Part shown: in pieces, positions 11,862 to 25,572 of the stretch | Numbering within the stretch: position 1 is the stretch's first letter | Layout of the letters: every line of letters begins with the position of its first letter | Assembly: GCA_025558095.1 (NCBI GenBank) | Contig: JAIVFI010000015.1 | Location: 682,001-746,000, forward strand | Length of the DNA stretch: 64,000 nt | Reading direction: 5' to 3' | Source: Hyaloraphidium curvatum SAG 235-1 | Lineage: Eukaryota; Fungi; Monoblepharomycota | Notes under the pieces: model-generated | Told to the model about the DNA's origin: nothing | What the model saw: only the letters and a program-made list of their open reading frames with translations | Databases searched by the model: none | Program-made: the position numbers and the translations under genes

Positions 11862-12890
11862 TTAGTGCACCTTCTCCTTGCCCTCGGGGATGGCGTGCTG
11901 CTCGTGTCCGTGGGAGTGGAGGCGCTCCTTCCATCCGAGGGCCATGTTGAAGCCCTTCTCGACCGCGATTTCGACGGGCTCGTCGAAGATGTAGGGGAGG
12001 AAGGGGACGACGGCGAGGCCGAGGACGGTGGGGCCTGGTTCGAAGAGGCGAGTTTTGATCAGAGCCGCTTCGAGCCCAATCCCGCGGCAGACCCACCCCA
12101 GCGCCTCATGACCGGGTTCGTGCTGTACTTCTTGAACGCCCAAGAGCCCAGGTGCACCGACTGGTGGATGGTGAAGGCCGGCAGCGCCATCGACGCCATG
12201 CTCTGGAACACGGCGCGCTTGACCACGATCTCCCTCAGGTCGCTCCCCGTCGTCCCCTTGTCCTTCTCCGAATACGCCGTCAGGCTGACGTCCGTGACCA
12301 CGTAGGCCCACGACACGCCGTACGACGCCTTGACGACCCACGGCGGCACGATGGGGCGGAAGGCCTCGCCGAGGTCCGACGTGTAGGCCAGGTACCGCGC
12401 CGTGGACTTGACCAGGCGGCCGAGGCGACCGATGTAGCCGAAGTAGCGGAGCTGCTGGTCCGTCAGCTCGGGGTGGTGGACCGCCTCGTCCTTGGGGCGG
12501 TGGCTGAGGTTGATCTGGCCGTCGTCCATGAGGTCCGCGACGATGTCCTTCGTCTGGATCGGGTCGCCAGGGTACGTCGTTTCCGGAGAGAGCATATGGG
12601 ATCGCAGACGGCCGTCGAGGAGATCCAGGTACCGAGCGCGTCGGCGACGGGCGACGGGGAAGGAAGGAGGACGTTCAGCACAGTCCCATGACAAAGAGCC
12701 CCAACCGGTACCGCATCCGCAACGTCCACCACTCTCCCATGCCGCTGGCGGCGTCTTCAGCGGCCCTCCAGCGCCCCCGACCCGGTCCGCACGGGGACCC
12801 TCCGCGGTTTGCAATGCCCACCTTTTCCCAGAAGCTCATGTTGGCGTAGGCATCCTTCTTCGCCTCCGGGGCCTTGCTGTCGTCCGCCAT
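11862..12890 (-). CDS. MTFP1: Mitochondrial fission process protein 1 (MTP18)-like
   Basis: RYLAYTSDLGEAFRPIV...YGVSWAYVVTDV...VFQSMASMALPAFTIH...GLAVVPFLPYIFDEPVE. Confidence 0.9.
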
Positions 12891-13218
12891 CGTCGTGTCC
12901 CGCGCCTCGTCGTCGTCCGCACTGGCGCCGCCGAGGTTTGCGTGGAGGCCGTTGGCGGAAAGGGACCCCGCGGCGGGCGGCCCGCTCTCGCCGCCGAAAG
13001 CCCTGCTGCAACCCGCACAATGCGACGCCAATCGGACACATCCGGACGCATCAGGCGACGATCTCCACTCCAAAGCTCTCATTGACCGTGCGAAGGCTAG
13101 AATAAAGACGATCGAAGCGAGTAACCCATGAACACAACCAATCGGATCCTGCCGATCCCTCAATGACCACTCTCTCCCAGCAACCTGCGTTTTTCGAATC
13201 CGCTTTCCGAGTTAAGCC

Positions 13219-14220
13219 TTAAGCGCTCTCGCCGAGCTCGATGCCCTTGGCGCCCTGGTGCCTGAGAAGGAGCCAGAAGCCGAACAGGGCCTTGGCCGAG
13301 ACGTCCAGGACGGCGTAGCTGTCCCGGCGGCGTGGTCAGCCCCACATCATCCGACCCGAGCAGGCGAGAACCCACAGTCCGACCTCGTCCTCGAGCGACA
13401 GGAAGTTGCTGCCCTCGGCGAGCCCCCAGACGATCGGGTAGGCGGTCCACAGGCCGAGGGTCCAGTAGGCGAGCTGGTCGAACAGGGCGCCGGTCTCGGC
13501 CGAGGCGCGGGCGGCGGCGGCGCGGACGGGGCCGAGAAGCTCGATGAGGAGGCCGACGAAGGCGATGCAGCCCATGGCGAAGTAGCCCCACTTGAGCGAG
13601 TCGGTGACGAGGCCGCCTGGAAGTGCGATCGATGAGCGCGAATCAAAAGAGGGAGGTGTGGACCTTACCGAAGAGACCGGTGACGACCATGACGACGTCC
13701 AGGAAGATGATGAAGACGATGCGGGTGGTGTCGGCGCCGGCGAGGACCAGGAGGTCGAGCAGGAGCAGGGGGGTGGTCAGGGCCCAGTCGATGTAGCTGA
13801 ATGGTTCGGCAAGGGGGGCATAATCAGGTGCGACAGCGTTAAAAACGCGATAATGACTAACCGAGCGTAGTAGAAGGGACGTCCGTCGACCTTGACGACG
13901 CCGAAGTCACCGGCCATCGAGTAGTCTGAAGATCGGCGATACATTAGACCAATGTGGGTGGTCAGAACGCCCAGAGGACCACTCACAGGCGATCGCAGCA
14001 ATCATAGTGATGGCGCCGGTGATGTAGTGGAAGTTCCTCTCGGTCGAGGGCTTGGGGACGGCCAGGAAGTAGAAGAACCCGGTGGAGCCCGACATGATGG
14101 CGAAGACCGCCCTGCAGGACGTGAGGCGCAAGGGAAGATGAAGCACGATCTCAGTGGGGATCACCACGTTGACGGCAAAAGGCCCTACCAGAGAATCGTG
14201 TGAACGAGGTTGCCGGCCAT
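13219..14220 (-). CDS. Type-1 (microbial) rhodopsin, bacteriorhodopsin-like, 6 coding exons
   Basis: Spliced: MAGNLVHTILW|AVFAIMSG...|YYSMAGDFG...FYYAR|YIDWALTTPLLLLDL...|...WTAYPIVWGLAEGSNFLSLEDEVGL|YAVLDVSAKALFGFWLL. DTD motif in helix C and retinal-binding DVSAK in helix G. Confidence 0.93.
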
Positions 14221-14856
14221 CGCGACGACTGGATCTGAAGAAGCAGGGGGGCCAAAACGTCAGCTGCGGCTCATGACAACAAAAGTAACTCGAGAAAATG
14301 CCCGTGCCGGTGCCTAATGGCAGATCCGGGCCGTGTTTCGCGGCGACGCTGTGTTCCGCGGGAGACGTCTCCGGCGAAATGACATCGGCGCCCCATGGGC
14401 ACCATCGGCGGCCGCGGCCCGGTGCAGAAGGTTGCTACGATGGCAAAGCACGCGCATCGGTGCTCTCCGAGGGATTCCGCGGGCGTTTGCGTGCGGGATG
14501 GGCGGCCGACGCGCCGGGCGCGTGGGAGGCGCAAGCGCGCCCGGCGCCTGCACCGCGGCGGGGGAACGCGGCCGCAGGGCGACGATCGACCCTTGCCAGC
14601 CAACGAACACGTCCGCCGGGTACTCACTCGGATGCCTCTGGTCGTGGGCGTGTGCGGATCGCGGATAGTCGACTCAGTGAAAATGGCGTTGCACCCTGAA
14701 CCCGCCGGCCGCGCGGCCTGGCCTCCGCCAACATCCCACGCGTCCGGGATAACCTCACGGCAAAACATGCCAACCTATTCGACAGCAAATCGCACTTCCT
14801 TTGTCTACGAATACAAACGGGTCTTCCAAACGCCGGCCGGTCAACCGTGAGGGACC

Positions 14857-14926
14857 ACAGCCCAGGTTCAGGTCGCGTCCGCGTTCCCATGGGGATCGTT
14901 TCGCGCCGCGCCTTCATGCGGGCCGT
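14857..14926 (-). promoter_or_regulatory. SECIS element (type II) in the 3' UTR of the TGR gene
   Basis: Minus strand ACGGCCC-GC-ATGA-AGGCGCGGCGCG-AAA-CGATCCCCATGGGAA-CGCGGACGCGACC-TGA-ACCT-GGGCTGT: 7-bp helix I, AUGA/GA core, GC-rich helix II, apical AAA 12 nt after AUGA, mini-stem UCCC/GGGA. Confidence 0.9.
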
Positions 14927-15003
14927 TGCCGTCCGCCTTCCCACCCGGAGCACAACGTACGGTTCTCGGAACGGAGGATACGGGCAACTCGTGGATGCCG
15001 CGG

Positions 15004-15058
15004 AGCCGGAGCGGTTTAGCCTGCGATCGGTGGATCGCAAAGCCTCACTCGCTCCGGC

Positions 15059-15059
<1 letters not shown>
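15004..15059 (-). promoter_or_regulatory. Stem-loop beginning 6 nt 3' of the Sec UGA (SRE-like)
   Basis: Perfect 10-bp inverted repeat AGCCGGAGCG/CGCTCCGGCT (15004-15013, 15050-15059) enclosing an inner stem TGCGATC-CACC-GATCGCA. Confidence 0.5.
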
Positions 15060-17520
<2,461 letters not shown>

Positions 17521-17661
17521 TAGCACATCGTCCGGCCGGACGATGTGGTCCCTGCGTGCGGCGGCCCGGTCCGGTGGTTGTCCCGCTTTCGTCACGCAAT
17601 CAACGGCCGCTCGTTGCTGGCAGGCGAAGCACATTTCCGACCTCCTACGACCTCTGATCCA

Positions 17662-18422
17662 TCATCCACCCTTCTTTCCAACTATCTTGGCTATCGTTGC
17701 CTCGAGTCCCTGGAGGTGCCCCAGCGAGTTGAGCAGCAACCTCCCCTCGCGATCGAACAGGTAGTAGTGGGGCGTCCCCTTCGCTTCGAACTCGACGAAG
17801 GTCTTCGGCACGAGCGACCTCTGCTTCGCCAGCTCCTTCATCGCCCCCTCCAGGCTCCCCGGATCCCCCCTGAGCACCTCGATCACGCGGGGATCCGCGC
17901 CCTCCCTCTCGAGCGCCTCGAGCATGTGCCGCGGCTCGAGGCCCTCCAGCTCGTCCACGCAGACCGGGAACGTCAGCTTGAATCCAGGTATGACGACCCC
18001 CTCGTCGCGTGCTTCGGGACCCGCCGCGGCCTCGGCCGAGTCTCCAAACACCCTGCCCTCGGCCAGCAGCGCCCGCAGGCCCTCCTGGGTGTTGAGCTCG
18101 AAGTCCTCGAACGCCGTCGAAATGCCGATAACCGAAAAGTCAGGCCCCGAGAACCGCTCGTGCAGCTTCTGCGCGATGGGCAGAGCGCGGAACACGCAGC
18201 CGGGGCAGTTGACCTGATTGTACGGGGTGACCAGCGACGGAGGGGGACAGTACAGCCCAGGGAGAGCAAAAGCGGTCAGCGATGGAGGGGAGGGCAGCCC
18301 CGCGGGAGCGGAGAACCGACCTGGAAGAACACGAGCAGCACCCCGCGCCCCGCGGCGCGCTCGGCGGCGAGAGTGGTGGGCGCGCCCTGCGCCCACAACG
18401 ACGCGCGGATCTCGAGGTCCAT
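17662..18422 (-). CDS. Thioredoxin-fold redoxin (TlpA/AhpC-TSA-like), CPGC
   Basis: MDLEIRASLWAQG...VLLVFFQ|VNCPGCVFRALP...GISTAFEDFELN...KGTPHYYLFDREG. Confidence 0.82.
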
Positions 18423-19077
18423 CGTCGCGCTACGGCGAGGAGAAGCGTGAAACGTGCGTGGAGTGTTTGGAGAGCGGCACGCGCGGGGATGGCGGCGGTG
18501 CGGCCGGCGGAAACGGAATGCCCGCCGGCCTCCGCTCGCGCGGGATGCGATGCAGAAACGGATGCCGAAACAGCGAAGATGCGCGGAAGAAGCGGATGAG
18601 GATTCGTTCCGGGGGCGGACCGGGCGGGCGGACGGACGCATCACCCGGTGAGAACCCGAAGCAGACGGCCCGCGCCGGTGCCCGCTTGGCTGCGGACGGG
18701 CCACCCTGGACATGGCTGCCTTCGTCCATCCGCTCGTCTGCTCGAAGGTCGGCACCGGCCAGCGGCACAAGCCTTTCGTGATGCACCTTCGCGAGCCTGC
18801 CGGCATACCGAGTAGGACATGCTCCCTTCCCTCCGCGAAAGCCATCTCGACTTTGCCGATGCCACAATGGGGGCCATAGCCGCCCGGAGGCGCACTTCTC
18901 GTGCCGGCACTGGGCCCGGCGGCGGGCCCGTTCGGCGGCCGCGAAGGCTGTCCTCCGTCCCCCATCTCGCGGCGGGACCAAAGTCCCGGACAGGCGGACC
19001 GCAGCGGCGACCGGGAGGCAAACAAGCATCGTGTTGCGGCTCATCACCAGCCAGCGTTCTCCCGGCTTCCCTCGCCA

Positions 19078-19320
19078 TCACTGCTCCGTCTTGGTCTCGC
19101 CTTTGGCCGCCGTCAGCACCCCAGCCCCTGCGGCACGCACGCATCACCCACGGACGGCAAAGTACCACACGTCGAACGCGCCCATCGCCCCCACGGCGGG
19201 CCAGAACCACGCCTTCTTGGTGATCCCCTTCAACATGCCCCCGGAAGGGGCGGCGGGGGAGGCGGTGGTGGTGGTGGAGGCGGCGCGGCGGGCGAGCATC
19301 ATCGCGGCGCGGGGAGGCAT
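19078..19320 (-). CDS. Small single-TM, probably mitochondrial, protein
   Basis: MPPRAAMMLARRAAST...WFWPAVGAMGAFDVWYFAVR|ETKTEQ*, with a GTGGGT...GCTGAC...AAAG intron. Confidence 0.5.
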
Positions 19321-20534
19321 CTTCGTCTCTGTGTTGCGGGGTTGTTTCGATCCGTTGCGTTGATGGTGGTGGTTGCAGGCGATCGCCGCGGGGCCGTTTT
19401 CTGGCCGGGGGGCGAAACTCCGGCGCGGACGGAGGATCGGGGGGTTACTCCGCTGCCCGTGCGCGGCGGAGCGGGGATGTTCCGCGGGCCGCGGATCGGG
19501 ACGGGAAGTTCCGGGACGCCATACGCGGGGAGGTTTCTTCCGAATTCGGCGGGAAGGCGGTGGCAAGGGCGCGAAGCGAGGGGGTTGGAGAGTGAGGTGG
19601 CTTCGAAGGGCGGGAGGGCGGGAGGGGACGGGACGGGGCGGAGGCGCGCCCGGGACCGCAGCGGGATCGAAATGCACGTTGGGAGCTTCGTTCGGTGAGC
19701 TTTATTTAATTCTCCTTCCGGGCCGGGTCGGTCCTCGCCCCCGAGGCGCCAAGGGCAGGTGCCGTGCGGGGCAGGTGCCGTTGCGCACCACCCGCGGGGA
19801 GCGCGACGGCGGACGGGGCAGCGGAGGGCCGTCCGGGACATCGGGGTATCGGCACTGCCGTCCTGCGACGGGCCCGCGGGGACTGGTTGCCGGGGATGGC
19901 CGTACCGCGCGGCCGACGCCGCGAGTCGGTCGTGGGCTTGGTCAGCTCCGAGGGGGGGAGCCTTGGCCGCAGCTCGCGGTCGGCTTCCGTGTCCCCATCG
20001 GCGACCGATCCGAGTCCCGAGGGCGAGGGGGGCGCGGATCGGATCTCCCGGGCGGTTCCGTTACCCGCTACGGTGGTCAGACCGACCCGCGTCGGGAGGG
20101 CGGTCGGTGGTTGGGCGGGCGGCGCCGCAGCAAGTTTCGCTGCGGCGGCCGGCAGGCGGACTCTCCGGTAGATTTCCGGTGCGATGGCGGGGTTGCGGAC
20201 GGCGGGCTGCGAGCGAGCGCGCGCTGTGTGCGAGGCGGGAATAATCGCCCTGGGACTTGTAAGCAAGGATCGCCTTCCCTGTTGGGAAGATAAGGGGGGA
20301 TCTTCCACAGACGGCGCGAATCGCGGTTACCGCCATCCACGAACAAAAATTCGAGCATCATGCAGCCGTTCCGTGAGCGTTTGGCGGCGGTCATCGCTCC
20401 CCGCCCCCGGCGATGAGCAATCGAAGCGGAGCACGGCTGACGTCACGGTGGTCCAGGCTCGCCTGCCGCACCCGCTCCCCCACTGCGGAACACTCCGCGG
20501 AAGCGCGCGACCGACCACCGCTGCCGTTCCCGCG

Positions 20535-21802
20535 ATGGACGGCGGCCACGTCCGCACGCGCACGGCGTCGTCGGGGTGGTGCCCGCCGGCGGCCCCGCCG
20601 TTCCCCGACCTCTTCGGCGGCTCCGTCGACTCGCTCGACTCGGCCGTCGCGCTGGGCGACTGCGGCAGCGCCGTGTTCGCGCACGGCGAGGCGCGGCGGC
20701 GGCGGTACAGAACAATACGGACCGTCGGCGCCGGCTCGGAGGCCGTGGTGCGCGCGGCGCTGTGCCTCGACGACCACCGGCCGTACGCCCTGAAGGTGGT
20801 CACGAAGGCCCCCGCGCCCCCGGGCTCGCCGCACGCCCGATCGCCGTCGTACGAGGCGGCGCTGGCACAGCGGGACAAGCTGGGCGACGACCTGCGCCGC
20901 AAATTCGACGCCGTGGCGTGCCTGAAGCACCCCAACCTGCCCGCAATGGTCGAGCACTTTGAGACGCACGGTGGGTCGCACGGCGGCCGGCCCCCATCGG
21001 GGATGCTGGGGGCATGGTCTGACGTTGTTTCTGCCCTGCTACCTCCTTCCTGCGGTTGGCAGACAAGTGCTACACCGTCATGGAGCTCTGCGCCATGGAC
21101 CTCACCCACTGGGTGCACTCCCGCGGCCGCCCCACCGAGGCGCAGCTCCGCACCATCCTCACCGCCGTCCTGCGCGCCCTCGCCTTCCTGCACTCCAAGG
21201 GCGTCGCCCACCGCGACCTCAAGCCCACCAACGTGCTCCTCCGCTCCCCGGACGACCTGTCCACCCTCTGCCTCACGGACTTCAACGGCATCCACGTCGG
21301 CCCGGCCGTGCCGATCGCCAAACCGGGCATGTCCACACTCGTGGGCACCCCGTTCTACCTCGCCCCCGAGGTCCTCCGGGGCATCTCCTACTCGGCAAAG
21401 GTGGACTGCTGGGCCGCGGGGGTGCTCGCCTTCGAGCTGGCCTGCGGCACCAGCCCGTTCGGGGACTCGGGCAACTTTGCCGAGCTGTACGCGCGCATCG
21501 GCGCCTCGCGGTGGTCCTTCCCGCCGGGCGACTATTCCCCCGAGCTCCGCGACTTTGTCGCCTGCATGCTCCGGACCGACCCCAACTCGCGCCCCTCGGC
21601 CGACGAGGCCCTGCGGCACCCTTTCCTCTCCCCCGCGCGCCCGGCGCTCCGCCGGGCCAACTCGGGGCACGCGGTGGCGTTCGTCGACGGCGAGCTGAGG
21701 CTGCTCGCGGCACCGAGCCCGGCGCTGGGGCCGACCCGGAGGACGGGGCTGGGGACGATGGACAGGGTGCGCAGGTTTTTGGGGAAGGCGCCGACGGCGT
21801 GA
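20535..21802 (+). CDS. Ser/Thr kinase (CAMK-like), paralog 1, DFN motif
   Basis: VGAGSEAVV, YALK, HRDLKPTN, TDFNG, GTPFYLAPE, DCWAAG; intron 20971-21062. Confidence 0.92.
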
Positions 21803-22590
21803 ACGATGCGCGGGGAGGCGGGCCGCGCATGGAATGCGGCCGGGTGGGATGCAGTGGATACCCTCTGTCTCGTGTGGACTTTCTCCCAATTGATGCCTGG
21901 AGAACACGCGAAAACATCGAATCCTCTCCCTTGGCCATCTTCCCAGGTTAGGGTTGGAATGCCTCGGGGTCCACGCTCCGCCAGAACGCCACGTCGGTCG
22001 GTCGGCCCCGTCCCGCCCCAGTCCCGAAGATTCCGCACGTGCACCCTCGTCCGCGGAAGCGTCGTAAGACGGGTACAGCAGGTTTGGAGTCCCCGATGCC
22101 AAAACCTTGGCCAAGTGCACCCAGGAAGGCCAGCCCACAGGCGCACCAGGTTCGGAGCGGAGACCCTCACGAGGGCAGCGGACGCGTCCCCGTACATGTG
22201 GTCGGGTCCGCTGGCAGAAAGATCCCGTACCAGTCCCGCCCTGCGCGGGTCCGCGGCGACGGCGCGCGCTTCGTCGGGATGCAGGTCCGGCGGCCGCATG
22301 CGGACGCGGCCGGGGGCCCTTCTGCAGGGGGCACCCGTGCGGAGTCATGTTTCTCCGTGCCCATCGCGGCAGATGGAATTGAGCGGCTTGGCGGCGCGAA
22401 GCGTAACGCTCAAGTTGCAGTTGGGAGGCAGACCTCTGAGAGGCCGTTCCGCACGGTCTGCCGGAATCGGACCCCCATCCAGCCTTCCCCATCGGCCGCC
22501 CGGCAAGCCGCCGCAGGCCTCCGCCGCCGTTCATACTTGTTCATAGGACATCGCTTGCGGTCTCCGAGCCGCATCGGCCCCTCCGCCGCG

Positions 22591-22896
22591 ATGGCCACCC
22601 CCGCCGCCCCGCCCGGCCCCCTCAAGATGCCGCTCTCCCAACCCCAATCGTCTGGCCCCGCCTCGCCCGTCTCCCCGCCGCCCACCGAAATCTTCCGCTC
22701 CGAGCGCGCCGAGCTGTTCCTCCGCACCGCGACGGGGAGGGCCGAGATACCCACGCGGCGGGGGAGCCAGGCGCAGGGCGGCGCGGGCACGGGGGACAAG
22801 AAGCCCGCCGAGGAGGGGGCAAAGGGGTTCTTCATCTTGGGGGAGCTGGCGAGGCGGTTCTCGGGGAGCGCTGCGCCGCCGGCACCGCAGAAGTGA
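22591..22896 (+). CDS. Small (101 aa) low-complexity hypothetical protein with RRGS/RRFS sites
   Basis: ATG in GCCGCG-ATG-G context, GC3-rich codons: MATPAAPPGP...PTRRGSQ...GFFILGELARRFSGS. Confidence 0.55.
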   Translation: MATPAAPPGPLKMPLSQPQSSGPASPVSPPPTEIFRSERAELFLRTATGRAEIPTRRGSQAQGGAGTGDKKPAEEGAKGFFILGELARRFSGSAAPPAPQK

Positions 22897-23233
22897 CCGC
22901 CTCCCAAGGGGGACATTCGACTACCGTTCCGAAGGAGCTGGACTTGATTTGCTAGGGATGACGACACGGAAAGGACGCTCTCCGACACGGGATTCGGACT
23001 ACCATCAGCTTGCCATCGTTTGAGGGCTCCGCGGGCGGGGACGGGGACCGCCGCCGCGGGGAGTGTAGCCCGCCATGTAGTTTCTGCCATCGGACCTGCC
23101 AACAAGGACTGCCGTTGTGTACCTCGTGCCGCCCTCCTTTCTTCTGCCTGTCCGTCGTGCGTGCCGTCGATTGTAGCCGATACATGCTCCTCATCGCATT
23201 TTATTGGTATCTATGCCCCCTCGTCCAATTCCC

Positions 23234-25045
23234 TCAGAGCAAGAACGCCGCAAGGGCACCCAGCAGCGCCGCAACCCCCACCGCCGCCCTCCCCGCCGCC
23301 CCGCTCGTCGACGTGGTGGGCGTCACCTGCGTCAGCGTGCCCGTCGCCTGGACGCGCGAGCTGGTCGCCGCCTCCGTGGTGGCCGCCGCCGTCGGCACCG
23401 CCGCGCTGGTCACGATGCTCGAAAACGCAGCGGGAACGGTGGTCTTGACCGGCACCCTCGTGGTGCGCGTGCTCGCCGCGGGCCGGCCCCAGTTGGGATC
23501 GTACGCGACGTAGTCGCCCTCCGTGAGCGCCGTGTGCTTGGTCATGTTGGGCCAGCGGCCGTAGGGCTCGTAGTAGGTCTCGGGGCGGGAGCGGGTGGCA
23601 AAAACGAGGTTGGGGTTGGTGTGCAAGGAGCGCTGGAAGGCGGCGGTGACGTTGGGGTGGTCCTGCGAGGGGCGCGGCGGTCAGTTTCCCAAGGGACAGG
23701 GCGGCGGGGGCAACGTACGATGCTGGCGCTCATAAAGTCGCGGAAGGTGGCCTCCTCGTGCTTGATGTGCTCGAAGAAGGAGGCCAGGTACATGGCCGGG
23801 AACTCCTTCTTGGCGTCCCAGATCTGCTTCCACCACTGGGTCTTGATGGCCACCTCCCCGACGCCCTGGTCTAAAAACACGTGCGTGGCCACGGCGCTCT
23901 CGGCGACCGCGAATGCCTTGCTACGCGGGGGCTCGCAGAACATGGCGTAAAAGTCCCTGGTCCCCTGGTCGTTCCTCCCGCGCACCATGTCGACGAACTT
24001 GGTCTCGTACGGCACCACGTTCTCGAGCCACGGGTACTGGATGCCGTAGTGGTAGATGCTCATGCCGACCGTGTCGACGTACTCGTCGCCGGGGTAGTAC
24101 GGCATGTACGGGTCGTCGTCGCCGTCCAGCCCCTCGGGGGCGTTGGTGTCCATCTCCGACTCCCACGGCTTGCCCTGCCCGCAGTACTGCGAGCCGCCGC
24201 AGAAGGGGTACCCCTGGATCGAGTTGACGGCCCACATCATGTCGGTCTGCCTCGCGATGGGGTCGGCCTTGATGGCGTTCCACACCGCCATCCACATCAT
24301 CTTGAAGTAGGAGGGGTGCTGGCCGTACGAGAACCAGGTGCCGTTCATCTCGGGGGCGAAGCGCAGGATCATCTTGCGGCCAGACTGGATGACCTCGCGG
24401 CAGAAGGCGACCAGGTCGTCCAGCGCGGCCTCGGTGACGACTTCCCAGCCCTTGAAGGGGTACACGGTGAGGTAGAACGCGGCGCTGAACGGGGAGCGAG
24501 AACGGACGGTCAGCGCAGGCTCCGCCAATGGGGAGGGGGGCAGACGACGCACTCGGTGCCGGTGGCGATGACGCCCTGCAGGAAGGGCCTGGGGTCGGGC
24601 AGCAGCACCCTCTCGATCTCGATGTTGTACTGGAACAGGCTGGGGTTGGCCTTGACCCTCCCGGCGTAGATGCCCGGGCCGTCTGCGCACGTGCGGCGGG
24701 TCAGCTGGACGCATCGCGGCAGCGGCCGATCGGCCCACCCCAAATCTCCTCGTAGTACTGGATCCACGGGCCCCAGAGCACGCCCGAGACGTTGTACGTG
24801 CCCATGTTGGTCTGGTTCATGGCGATGCCCAGCGGGGCCGGCGGCCTGCTTGCGCCGGCGAGCGTGCCGTTGGCGACGGCGTTGGGGTCGCGGGCCTGCC
24901 GCCGCTCGCGGACGAGGGGCACGTCCGCGGCGGAGCCGAGCCCGGCGAGCGCGGCGGCGGCGCCGAGCGCGAGCACCGCGCCGAGGAGCAGCCTGCGCCC
25001 GGCGGGCTGCGCGGGCGGAGGGGCGGGCTTGGCGGGGGCCGCCAT
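23234..25045 (-). CDS. Glycoside hydrolase family 26-like, secreted, probably GPI-anchored
   Basis: Signal peptide; ILRFAPEMNGTWFSYG (acid/base Glu); YYPGDEYVDTVGMSIY; FAVAESA (nucleophile); Ser/Thr-rich stalk and hydrophobic C-terminus. Confidence 0.88.
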
Positions 25046-25572
25046 TTTGCCGTGTGCCGCGGCGAGATGTGCGCGGGATGTGGGCGCGGATTGGGCGGTT
25101 TGTTTGGCCGCCGCGGGAGGCGGTGTTGCGCTTCGGCCGCTGAGGGCCCCTAAACCAGCCGGCGGAGTATGCCCGCAACGCCTCTGGGACCCCCAAACCG
25201 TGCGTGGGGGACCGCGGGGCATTGCGTGGGGAAGGCTGCGACCGTCGGGCGGGAAGGAGGCGGTTGCCGGACGGGAATGCACCGCGGGGTCGGCCTTTCT
25301 TCGAGCTGCTCCAGGACTTCAAGCAGCTCGCCGCAGCAGACCCATCATCATACTTCCCCGTGTCCATCGCAGTACATGTTGTCCAAAAGTTGAAGTAACG
25401 GCCCGATGCAACGATCGGACCGGGATTCGGTGCCATGGACCCCGCCGACTTCCGACACCCACATCCAGCCGATGCCTTCCACGACGTAGCAAGATATCGC
25501 CTGCCTATGTACATTCGCGGCTACATTGCCTTCTTACTGGTATACCCTCGCCCCTCTGCGCCGCTCCGGACC

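Noticed and set aside
14221-14275. Branch point plus acceptor just upstream of the ATG in the rhodopsin and both permeases, as evidence of trans-splicing
   Set aside because: Ordinary 5' UTR introns explain it; a GTGAGT donor exists upstream of the rhodopsin near 14627.
17662-18422. Redoxin as a second selenoprotein
   Set aside because: The active site is encoded as CPGC with Cys codons; there is no in-frame TGA.
19078-19150. TGA at 19144-19146 in the small TM gene as possible readthrough
   Set aside because: It falls inside a plausible intron (GTGGGT...GCTGAC...AAAG).
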